DNA from: Novosphingobium sp.
Lineage (GTDB): Bacteria > Pseudomonadota > Alphaproteobacteria > Sphingomonadales > Sphingomonadaceae
Reading direction: 5' to 3'
Length of the DNA: 64,000 bases
Assembly (NCBI GenBank): GCA_031367905.1
Contig: JANLQQ010000154.1
Coordinates: forward strand, 5,344-69,343
The first letter of the stretch is position 1, and each line of letters begins with the position of its first letter. The position numbers and the translations under genes are program-made. This document shows, piece after piece, positions 49,143-58,500 of this stretch. The notes under the pieces are model-generated. The model made no database searches. It had not been told where the DNA came from and was given only the letters and a program-made list of their open reading frames with translations.

Positions 49143-51139
49143 GAAGCGCGCAGATCCGGCGGTGTCGCCTCACTCTGAAGCATCGCGATTGCCTCGGCCA
49201 GCGGCATGAAACGCTGGCGCTCTTCGCCCAGAGTGCGGATTGCCAAGGTGCCCTCATCTGCTTCGCGCTTGCCGACCACCAGCAGATGCGGAACCTTGGC
49301 CAGGCTGTGTTCGCGCACCTTGTAGTTGATCTTCTCGTTGCGCAGATCGCTTTCAACCCGGATGCCAGCCGCTTTCAACTGCTTTGTGACCTCGCCCGCA
49401 TAATCATCCGCATCCGACACGATCGTTGCCACCACCGCCTGCACCGGGGCGAGCCAGACTGGCAGCTTCCCGGCATAATGTTCGATCAGGATCCCGATGA
49501 AGCGTTCAAAACTGCCCAGAATCGCGCGGTGGAGCATTACCGGGCGATGTTTTTCACCATCTTCGCCGATGTAGCTGGCATCAAGCCGTTCGGGCAGCAC
49601 GGTATCGGTCTGGAGCGTACCGACCTGCCAGGTCCGCCCGATCGCATCGGTCAGGTGGAACTCCAGCTTGGGCGCATAGAACGCGCCTTCGCCGGGCAGC
49701 TCTTCCCAGCCCCATTCGGGCGTATTACGGCCGGTGACCGCCACCGCATCGCGCATCGATTGTTCCGACCAATCCCACATAGCGTCCGTGCCGAAGCGCT
49801 TGTCCGGGCGTAGTGCCAGCTTGATCGCATAATCCGCAAAGCCCAGATCCTTGTAAACCAGATCGAGCAGATCGCAGAAATCGGCCACTTCGGACACCAG
49901 CTGATCCTCGCGCACGAAGATATGGGCATCGTCCTGGGTGAACTGACGGACCCGCATCAGCCCGTGCAGCGCGCCATGCGGCTCGTTCCGGTGGCAGCAG
50001 CCAAATTCGGCCATCCGGATCGGCAGCTCGCGGTAGCTGGTGATGCCCTGGCGGAAAATCAGCACATGCGCCGGGCAGTTCATCGGCTTGATCGCCATCA
50101 GATCGGCCTCGCCGGTCAAGACCGGGCCATCGTCTTCGCCGCTGGGGATCTCGTCGGGCACCACGAACATGTTCTCGCGGTACTTGCCCCAGTGGCCGCT
50201 CTGCTCCCACTGCTTGGCATCCATGATCTGCGGGGTTTTGACCTCGACATAGCCCGCCGCATCCAGCCGCCGGCGCATATAGGCCTCGAGGCAGCGCCAG
50301 ATCATATAGCCCTTGGGATGCCAGAAAATGCTGCCATGGGCTTCGGGCTGAAGGTGGAACAAATCCATCTCCTGGCCCAATTTGCGGTGGTCGCGCTTGG
50401 CCGCCTCTTCCAGCCGCACCAGATGGGCGTCGAGCTGCTTCTTGCCCAGCCAGCCGGTGCCGTAGATGCGACTGAGCATCGCGTTGTTCTGATCGCCGCG
50501 CCAGTAAGCGCCCGAAACCCGGGTCAGCTTGAAGGCCGCCGGATCAAGCTTGCCGGTCGAGGGCAAATGCGGCCCCTTGCACATGTCGAGCCAGTCCGAA
50601 CCAGACCAATAGACGGTTAGTTCTTCATCCTCGGGCAATTCGGCGGCCCATTCGGCCTTGAAGCTCTCGCCCTGTTCTTGCCAGCGGGCGACGAGCTTTT
50701 CGCGGCTCCAGACCTCGCGAACCAAGGGCTTGTCGGCGGCGATGATGCGGCGCATCTCAGCCTCGATCGCGGGGAGGTCATCCTCGGTAAACTGGCGGTC
50801 TTTTGGCGCAAAATCATAGTAGAAGCCATCGTCGGTCGATGGGCCGAAGGTTATCTGGGTGCCGGGAAACAGCGCTTGCACCGCCTCTGCCAGCACATGG
50901 GCAAAATCATGCCGGGCGAGGTCAAGCGCATCGGCCTCGTCGCGCGAAGTGACCAGTGCGAGCGCGGAATTTCCCGTAAACGGCCGGGTCAGATCAACCA
51001 GCTCGCCATCGATCCGCGCCGCCAGGGCAGCTTTGGCAAGGCCGGGGCCGATCGCAGCGGCGACATCGGCAGGGGTCGAGCCCAGCGGCATTTCGCGCGT
51101 GGAACCATCGGGCAGGGTGATCGTGATCATTTCGGACAT
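49139..51139 (-). CDS. thrS: Threonine--tRNA ligase
   Basis: TGS domain [42 protein letters not shown]. Confidence 0.98.
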   Translation of the reverse strand: MSEMITITLPDGSTREMPLGSTPADVAAAIGPGLAKAALAARIDGELVDLTRPFTGNSALALVTSRDEADALDLARHDFAHVLAEAVQALFPGTQITFGPSTDDGFYYDFAPKDRQFTEDDLPAIEAEMRRIIAADKPLVREVWSREKLVARWQEQGESFKAEWAAELPEDEELTVYWSGSDWLDMCKGPHLPSTGKLDPAAFKLTRVSGAYWRGDQNNAMLSRIYGTGWLGKKQLDAHLVRLEEAAKRDHRKLGQEMDLFHLQPEAHGSIFWHPKGYMIWRCLEAYMRRRLDAAGYVEVKTPQIMDAKQWEQSGHWGKYRENMFVVPDEIPSGEDDGPVLTGEADLMAIKPMNCPAHVLIFRQGITSYRELPIRMAEFGCCHRNEPHGALHGLMRVRQFTQDDAHIFVREDQLVSEVADFCDLLDLVYKDLGFADYAIKLALRPDKRFGTDAMWDWSEQSMRDAVAVTGRNTPEWGWEELPGEGAFYAPKLEFHLTDAIGRTWQVGTLQTDTVLPERLDASYIGEDGEKHRPVMLHRAILGSFERFIGILIEHYAGKLPVWLAPVQAVVATIVSDADDYAGEVTKQLKAAGIRVESDLRNEKINYKVREHSLAKVPHLLVVGKREADEGTLAIRTLGEERQRFMPLAEAIAMLQSEATPPDLRAS

Positions 51140-51216
51140 GGGGGAGGCCCCTAGAGCGATTTGGAATGAAATGGAACATTTCACGCCTGGAAAACGCGCC
51201 AGCGGCGTTGATCAGA

Positions 51217-52875
51217 TCAAATTGCCACGAATTTGCGGTGTCCGGCCAGCACGGTCATCCGCTGCACTCCGGCCAGTTGGGTGCCGCGCTGGCGCACATT
51301 GTGGAGGAAGCGAAACTCGCCAATCGCCTGATTTGGGCTTAGCTCCACTGCCAGATAGCCGCGCTGCGCGGTGTCGCACCATTTGAGCTGCGGGTTGCGC
51401 TGGGTCAGTGCCCGGGCCAGCGCATCGGGACGCAGCCAGCCCAGCGCATCTTCCGCCCCCGGCGAGGTGACGCTGTGCGCGCCAAGCTCAACCCCCACCC
51501 GCGTTCCGTTGCGATCAAGATCGAACGCCCAGGCGTTGTGGCTGTCCCCAGCCAGCACCAGCAGATTGGCGTCGGCCGCAAGCGCGGCCTGATACAGCCG
51601 GTCACGCGCGGCGGGATAGCCGTCCCATGCGTCCATGTTGAACGGCACTCCGGCATGGGACGCGGCGATGGTCGATTGCAATCGCCGCCGCAGCCAGTCC
51701 GGGGTTTTGGCCGGAAGGCCCTCGGTGACCAGATCGGGCATGAGCAGTTCACCCATCACCACTTGCTGGGCAAGGATCTGCCATCGTTTGCGGGCCTTGA
51801 CCGAGGCTTTGAGCTGGCGGGCGAGCCATGCCTCTTGGGTGGTGCCAAGCAACTGGCGCGCCGGATCGCGCCACGCACCGTCGCGGAACGCCGCATAGGT
51901 TGACGCCACCTGATCGGGCGCCACGCCGTTGACGGCTTCGATCAGATCAAGCTGCTTGGTCCGCGCAACATGCCTGCTTTCAAGCCGGAACAGCGTTGCC
52001 AGGTCACCGATCTCGTAACTGGCCCAATCTTCGTCCGATACCGGCAGCCATTCGCGCCAGGCCCGCTCGGACGCGGCCTTGCGGATCGCCCATTCGCCTT
52101 CGGTGTCCGGCTGGTGGTTCTCTGCGCCGTCCTTCCAGGTATCATTGGCAATTTCATGATCGTCCCACATCACCAGCATCGGCAAGATCTGGTGGAGCCG
52201 CTGGAGATCGGGATCGGCCCGGTAAGTGGCATGGCGCTGGCGGTAATCGGCGAGCGCTACTGCCTCATTCGCCGGCCACAGGGTCCGCTCAGCCATGGCC
52301 TGCTCGGCACCGGGATAGACGCCGCGCTGATATTCGTAGTAATAGTCGCCCAGATGAACCGCGAGGTCGAAGTCGCCCGCCTCGGCCGCGTGAGCATAGG
52401 CATTGAACCAGCCGAATGCGAAGTTTGCGCAAGTGAAAACAGCCAGGCGGAACTTCGCCACCTTGCCCACCGGGAGCGTCCGGGTCCGCCCGATCTGCGA
52501 GATCGCCCCCGAAGGCGCGATGAAGCGGTAATAATACCAGCGCCCCGGCCGCAGCCCGGTCGCCATTGCCTTGGCACAGCAATCCCGCGCCGGAGCGGCC
52601 AGTGCCTCACCCGAAGCGGCGATATGCGCAAAACCGAGATCCTCGGCTACTTCCCAGCTGAGCGTGGTGTCAGACGAGCTGACATGGCGGGTCCACAGCA
52701 GCACCTGATGCGGACCCGGCTCGCCGCTCGCAACGCCGTGGGTAAACCCGCGCGCGCCATCCTGTGCGCTGAGCGGAGACGCCAGCCCGACCAGCCCGAG
52801 CGCGCTCAGTTTAAGGGCGGTACGGCGGTCTGCCAGCAAACGCGATTCAGCGGGCGGCGGTAGGCTCATCGACAT
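51217..52875 (-). CDS. phoD: PhoD-family alkaline phosphatase, Tat-exported
   Basis: Tat-like DRRTALK, FTHGVASGEP, HLGDYYYE, WDDHE, DAWDGY, GDSHNAW. Confidence 0.93.
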   Translation of the reverse strand: MSMSLPPPAESRLLADRRTALKLSALGLVGLASPLSAQDGARGFTHGVASGEPGPHQVLLWTRHVSSSDTTLSWEVAEDLGFAHIAASGEALAAPARDCCAKAMATGLRPGRWYYYRFIAPSGAISQIGRTRTLPVGKVAKFRLAVFTCANFAFGWFNAYAHAAEAGDFDLAVHLGDYYYEYQRGVYPGAEQAMAERTLWPANEAVALADYRQRHATYRADPDLQRLHQILPMLVMWDDHEIANDTWKDGAENHQPDTEGEWAIRKAASERAWREWLPVSDEDWASYEIGDLATLFRLESRHVARTKQLDLIEAVNGVAPDQVASTYAAFRDGAWRDPARQLLGTTQEAWLARQLKASVKARKRWQILAQQVVMGELLMPDLVTEGLPAKTPDWLRRRLQSTIAASHAGVPFNMDAWDGYPAARDRLYQAALAADANLLVLAGDSHNAWAFDLDRNGTRVGVELGAHSVTSPGAEDALGWLRPDALARALTQRNPQLKWCDTAQRGYLAVELSPNQAIGEFRFLHNVRQRGTQLAGVQRMTVLAGHRKFVAI

Positions 52876-52906
52876 TTCCCCTTGTAGCTGGCGCACAGTA
52901 AAGCGG

Positions 52907-52950
52907 TTTTGTGACGGTGCAATGGCGGCAAATCGCCATCAATATGACAA
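52907..52950 (-). promoter_or_regulatory. Pho box (PhoB direct repeats) upstream of phoD
   Basis: Minus strand TTGTCAT-ATTG-ATGGCGA-TTTG-CCGCCAT-TGCA-CCGTCAC-AAAA: 11-bp spaced units, three resembling CTGTCAT. Confidence 0.6.
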
Positions 52951-52964
52951 GTCACTGTGTCTTT

Positions 52965-53016
52965 ATGTCAATTACACTTGACATACTGGCGTCTCGTGTG
53001 TAAAGCGTCATTGTCA
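52965..53016 (+). promoter_or_regulatory. Sigma-70 promoter overlapped by palindromic operator(s)
   Basis: Perfect ATGTCAA-N6-TTGACAT (52965-52984); degenerate TGTAAA-N6-TTGTCA (52999-53016); TTGACA-N17-TAAAGC. Confidence 0.65.
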
Positions 53017-53036
53017 TTACGACAAAGGAGCTTGCT

Positions 53037-53456
53037 ATGCGTACCAATTGGTCCCCTGCTGTCCGCCGGTATCTGAAGCGGCTGGCTGTGCTGATGTCTG
53101 CCTATATTGTGCTGATTTTTCTGGCCGGTTATCTGTTCCGCCACAATCCTCCGCACGGCGCGCTGGCCTATGGGCTGGCGGTACTGCCCGCGCTACCGAT
53201 CATCGGCGTGGTCTGGACTGCGATGCGGCTGCTGGTGGAAGAAACCGACGAATATATGCGGATGTTGTTCGTCCGCCAGAACCTGTTTGCGACCGGGTTC
53301 TGCTTGACGATCCTGACGGTGTGGGAATTCCTCCAGAACTACGATCTGGTCGCGCCCGGCAATGGCGGTTTCGGCGCGGCGTTCTTTTGGTTCATGGGGC
53401 TGGGGGTTGGCGCGGTGTTCAATCGCCGGGCACTTGGTGCAGGCGACTGCGCATGA
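53037..53456 (+). CDS. Four-TM membrane protein
   Basis: AAGGAG RBS; four TMs; ETDEY motif; ATGA overlap with HTH gene. Confidence 0.8.
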   Translation: MRTNWSPAVRRYLKRLAVLMSAYIVLIFLAGYLFRHNPPHGALAYGLAVLPALPIIGVVWTAMRLLVEETDEYMRMLFVRQNLFATGFCLTILTVWEFLQNYDLVAPGNGGFGAAFFWFMGLGVGAVFNRRALGAGDCA

Positions 53457-53644
53457 AAAACCGCCTCAAAGTGCTCCGCGCCGAGCTTAATTGGAGCCAG
53501 CAGGATCTGGCCGGCCGCCTCGAAGTCAGCCGCCAGAGCGTCAATGCGATCGAAACCGGACGCTATGATCCCTCGCTGCCGCTCGCGTTTCGCATTGCCG
53601 AGGTCTTTGGCCTGACGATCGAGGCGATCTTCCACAAGGACTGA
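53453..53644 (+). CDS. XRE/Cro-family HTH regulator (COG1476-like)
   Basis: MKNRLKVLRAELNWSQQDLAGRLEVSRQSVNAIETGRYDPSLPLAF. Confidence 0.93.
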   Translation: MKNRLKVLRAELNWSQQDLAGRLEVSRQSVNAIETGRYDPSLPLAFRIAEVFGLTIEAIFHKD

Positions 53645-53700
53645 ACACTTGCCCGCCAGCCCTCCCTCGCCCAGAGCAACACGTCAGGGAGGGCTGAAAT

Positions 53701-54468
53701 TTGAGCGAGCCGCAACATCACACCATGCCCGATGGGCGGCGGATCGCCTTTCGCCACAACCTTGGCAACGCGCCGACGCTGGTATTCCTGCCCGGCTATC
53801 AGTCTGACATGACGGGCAGTAAGGCTTGCGCGGTGTTTGAATGGGCGGCGGCAAGCGACCGGGCCTGTTTGCTGCTCGATTATTCGGGCTGCGGGCAAAG
53901 CTCCGGCGATTTTGCCGAGGGGACGCTCAGCCGCTGGCGTGAGGAAGCGCTGGCACTGATCGCGGCTTATTGTCCGGGCGAGGTGGTGCTGATCGGCTCG
54001 TCCATGGGCGGCTGGCTGATGCTGCTGATGGGCCTTGCGCTGCCGGTGCAGCGAGTGGCCGGATTGATCGGCATCGCCCCGGCACCGGACTTCACCGACT
54101 GGGGCTATGACGAGGCGCAGAAGCAGGCGCTGGGCGGGGGTGAAATGGTGCTTGAGGCCAATCCCTACGGCCCTGATCCGACCCCGATCTATCCCGGCCT
54201 GTGGGCCGATGGGCAGGCCAACCGGCTGCTGGGCGCTGAAATCGCGCTGACTTGCCCGGTCCGGTTGATCCACGGCCAATGCGATACAGATGTGCCGTGG
54301 GAGACTTCGCTTTCGCTCGTCCGGCAGCTGCGTTCGGCGGATGTTCAGCTGACCCTGATCAAGGACGGGGATCATCGCCTGTCGCGACCCGGCGACATTG
54401 CGCTGCTATTGCGTGTGATCGCTATGCTTGACCAACTCCCTGTGGCTCTTACACCAGCAGACAGGTGA
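53701..54468 (+). CDS. Alpha/beta hydrolase (ABHD10-like)
   Basis: [24 protein letters not shown] nucleophile elbow, DGDHRLS. Confidence 0.88.
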   Translation: MSEPQHHTMPDGRRIAFRHNLGNAPTLVFLPGYQSDMTGSKACAVFEWAAASDRACLLLDYSGCGQSSGDFAEGTLSRWREEALALIAAYCPGEVVLIGSSMGGWLMLLMGLALPVQRVAGLIGIAPAPDFTDWGYDEAQKQALGGGEMVLEANPYGPDPTPIYPGLWADGQANRLLGAEIALTCPVRLIHGQCDTDVPWETSLSLVRQLRSADVQLTLIKDGDHRLSRPGDIALLLRVIAMLDQLPVALTPADR

Positions 54469-55445
54469 CCCGGCTTTCCGTCCTTGATCTGATCCCCGTC
54501 CGCGCAGGGGGAACCGTAAGCCAGGCGCTGGCCGAAGCGGCGCTGCTGGCGCAGGCGGCAGAAGCGGCGGGATACCACCGTTTCTGGGTCGCCGAACATC
54601 ACGCGATGGACGGAATTGCGGGCGGCGCCACCGCGGTCGTCCTGGGCCATATCGGGCAAGCTACCACAACCATCAGGATCGGTTCGGGCGGGATCATGCT
54701 GCCCAATCACAATCCCTTCGTGATTGCCGAGCAGTTCGGCACCCTGGATGCGCTGTTCCCCGGGCGGATCGATCTGGGCCTCGGCCGCGCGCCCGGGGCT
54801 GACGGGCGGATCGGCCAGGCGCTGCGCAAGGATCTGATGCGCGCTTCGGAGTATTTCCCGCAGGACGTAGCCGAACTGCGCGCGCTGTTCACCGGCGAGC
54901 CCGCGCTGGCTTTGAAAGCCACGCCCGGCTTTGGTGCAAAGGTCGATCTGTGGATTCTGGGCTCCAGCCTGTTCGGCGCGCAGCTGGCCGCCGCGCTGGG
55001 AATGCCGTTCGCCTTCGCCTCGCACTTTGCGCCCGATCATCTCGACGAGGCGCTGGTGCTTTACCGCCGCCAGTTTCGCCCCTCTGAAACACTGGCCCAG
55101 CCCTATGTCATGGCTGCGATGACAGTGATTGCAGCAGACAGCGATGAAGCAGCGGCGTTGCTCGCCTCGTCGATGGACCAGAGCTTTGTCGCGTTGCGCA
55201 GCGGCAATCCCGGCAAGCTGCAGCCGCCGGTACCCGATTACCGCGACAGTCTGCCCCCATCCGCCCGCGCCATGCTGGAACATATGCGCCAGGCCAGCGC
55301 GGTGGGCAGCCCGGCCACCGTCCGCGCAGCGATCGGAAATTTCATCGCGCGGACCGGGGCAGATGAGGTGATCGTGGCCGGCGCGACCTTTGATCCGGCA
55401 GCGCGGCGGCGCTCCCTTTCGTTGACGATGGAAGCCTTGGGATAG
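54465..55445 (+). CDS. LLM-class flavin-dependent oxidoreductase (YhbW-like)
   Basis: [34 protein letters not shown]. Confidence 0.9.
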   Translation: MTRLSVLDLIPVRAGGTVSQALAEAALLAQAAEAAGYHRFWVAEHHAMDGIAGGATAVVLGHIGQATTTIRIGSGGIMLPNHNPFVIAEQFGTLDALFPGRIDLGLGRAPGADGRIGQALRKDLMRASEYFPQDVAELRALFTGEPALALKATPGFGAKVDLWILGSSLFGAQLAAALGMPFAFASHFAPDHLDEALVLYRRQFRPSETLAQPYVMAAMTVIAADSDEAAALLASSMDQSFVALRSGNPGKLQPPVPDYRDSLPPSARAMLEHMRQASAVGSPATVRAAIGNFIARTGADEVIVAGATFDPAARRRSLSLTMEALG

Positions 55446-55579
55446 CGCCTTTTACCTAGGGCCAAACTGGTTGCGGTTGCGAGCTGTTGTCCCTAGAATA
55501 CGCATCAATAATGCCAATAAACGTAATATAATAACTCGCAGGAAGCGGCCGTTGCCAGGCCGGATGGAGAGCGCAAGCG

Positions 55580-58500
55580 ATGAGTTTGAAGGCCGCCCGC
55601 AGTGCCCCCGGTGCAGGTCCGCGTACTGGATCTTTGGCCAAAACGCTGGCCGCGCGCCTTGCCGATTCGCTGCTGCCCGGGGATATTCCATTCGCCGCCA
55701 AAAGCTTGTCGAGCGCCGCCGAATTCGTCCTCGCTGCCGCTGCCCAGCGCAGCGGGAGCGAGCCGGCCTTCGTGCTCGAATCTGTTTCCGGCTCCGCGAC
55801 CGAGCGGTTCATGCGGATCGCGGTCATCAACGACGACATGCCGTTTCTGGTCGATTCGATCGCCGCCGCAGTCGCCTCGCAAGGTCTGGCGATCAACCGG
55901 CTGGTCCATCCGGTGGTCCCGGTGCGCCGCGACGGCGAGGGCAAGCTAATCGCTATCTTTGATGGCGATCCGGTCAGCGAACCACGCGAATCAATGGTTT
56001 ATCTCGAGACTGAGCGCGGCGACGCGCTGGCCCGGCGCCAGTTGGAAAGCGCCTTGCGCACCGCGCTGGGCGATGTTCGCGCGGCCGTGCGCGACTGGCC
56101 GAAGATGCAGGCCGCAATGGCTGCCGATGCAGATAGTCTGGCCGACACAGAAGGTGCGGCGCTGCTGGGTTGGTTCAAGGACGGCATGCTGACCCAGCTT
56201 GGCCATGTCCTGCGCCGCCGCGACGGCAGCCAGAGCGAAGTGCTTGGCATCTGTACCAAGAGTGCCAAGGCAGTACTTGCCTCTGCGTCGTTCGATCGCG
56301 CCTTCCAGTGGTTTGACAGCGTCGCGAAAGCTGGAGCCAAGCACGGTTTGCGGGTTCCGCTGATCGTCAAATCGAACCTGATCAGCCAGGCCCATCGCCG
56401 CGTCCCACTCGATCTGTTCATCGTGCCGGTGATCGAGAGCGGCAAGGTTGCCGCCCTCTCGGTCCACGCCGGGGTATGGACCAGTGCCGCCCTGGCCGCC
56501 GCACCTGACCGCATTCCCCGAATGCGAGCGCAATTATCCGAGCTGATGGCCAAGTTCGGTTTCAACCCGAGCGGGCATGCCGGCAAGGCATTGGTTCATG
56601 CGCTCACTGCACTGCCGCATGATCTGCTGATCGGCTTTTCCGACGCTGACCTTGAACGGATCGCCACCGCGATGATGAGCCTGATTGATCGGCCGCGCCC
56701 GCGGCTGGCGCTGGTCGAGGCCCCGCTTGAGCGTCATTTGTTCGCTTTTGTGTGGCTGCCGCGCGATGCGCTTTCAACCACGCTGCGGCTGCAGATCGAA
56801 GAATTGCTGACCACCGCAACCGATTCGCGTCTGCTTGACTGGAGCCTTCAGGTCGAGGGTAACAATCTGGCACTGTTGCGGTTCGTCCTCGATATTCGTG
56901 ACGGCACCGGCCAGGCCAGCGAAACTGTCCTCGACGCACGATTGCAGACCATGGTCCGCGGCTGGTCCGAAGCGGTCGAGAGTGAAATCGCCGCCAGCGA
57001 AGAGCCTAGCCGGGCAGCGGCCATCGCGGCGCGCTTTGCCGAAGCCTTCCCGCAAAGTTACCGCGCCATCTATGGCGCAGCCGAAGCAGCGATTGACATT
57101 TCCCGCTTGCGCCACTTGACCGGCGAAGGCGAAGGCGCGCCCCGGCGTGGGGCACGGCTCCATCTTCTGGCCGATGACACCGATGGGGTGCTGCGCCTCA
57201 AACTCTATCAGCGCAGCGGCACCCTGGCCTTGTCCGATGCGGTTCCAGCGCTGGAAAACTTCGGTTTCCGGGTGATTGAGGATGTCCCGACCACGCTGGA
57301 GGCGAAGGCCACGCTGGAGTCTAAAGACAGTCAACTTGGCGCGATTCACGATTTCCTGCTGGCAATCCCGATCGGCCAGGACGTTGCCGGACTGATGGTC
57401 CGAAGCGAGGCGATAGAGCGCGCGATTGCTGCCGTGCTCAATGGCCAGGCAGAGAATGATCCCTTCAACCGGCTGATCATTTCCACTGCGCTGTCCGCAG
57501 AGGAAGCCAATTGGTTGCGCGCCTGGTTCCGCTATCTGCGCCAAGCCGGAATGACCTTTGGCATCCCCACCGTGGTCGATGCGCTACAGCATGCTTCGGG
57601 CGTGACCCGGGGCCTGATTGCGCTGTTCAGCGCGCGCCATGATCCGGCCTTTCCCGGCAACCGGGCGGCGGCTGAAACCAAAGCCCAAACACATATCCGC
57701 GACGGGCTTTCCGCGGTCAGCGCGATCAATGATGACCGGCTGCTGCGCCAGTACCGGGCACTGGTCGAGGCCATGCTGCGGACCAATGCCTTTTCCCCAG
57801 CCGCGCAAGGGGCACCAGAAATCGCATTGGCCTTCAAACTCGATTCATCGCTGGTTCCCGGCTTGCCCCGGCCGGTACCGTGGCGCGAAATATTCGTTTA
57901 TTCGCGGCGGGTTGAAGGTATTCACTTGCGCGCCGGGCCGATTGCCCGCGGGGGCCTGCGCTGGTCCGACCGGCGCGATGATTTCCGCACCGAAGTGCTT
58001 GGGCTGATGAAGGCCCAGCGGGTCAAAAACGCAGTGATCGTGCCAACCGGTGCCAAGGGCGGATTCTATCCCAAGCAACTGCCTGATTCCACAAGAGTCG
58101 AAACAGGTGGGCGCGACGCTTGGCTGACCGAGGGCAAGGAGAGCTACAAGCTGTTTATCCGCACGCTGCTGTCGATCACCGACAATATCGTCGAGGGAAA
58201 AGTCGTTCATCCCAAAGCGGTCATCATCCGCGATGGTGAGGATCCCTTTTTCGTGGTCGCTGCGGACAAGGGCACTGCGACCTTTTCCGACACTGCCAAT
58301 GCCATCGCCGAAGAGCATGATTTCTGGCTCGACGATGCGTTCGCCAGCGGCGGCTCCAAGGGTTATGATCACAAAGCGATGGGCATCACCGCCAAGGGGG
58401 CATGGCTTTCGGTCCAGCGCCATTTCCTGGAACTGGGCGTCGATGTGCAGACCCAGGCCATCCGGGTGGCAGGATGCGGCGATATGTCGGGCGATGTATT

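Noticed and set aside
53048-53644. 198-aa ORF suggesting an N-terminally extended HTH protein
   Set aside because: The extension overlaps the real membrane-protein gene in another frame; the HTH starts at ATG 53453. The same artefact affects track ORFs starting at 11546, 16212, 19973 and 61276.
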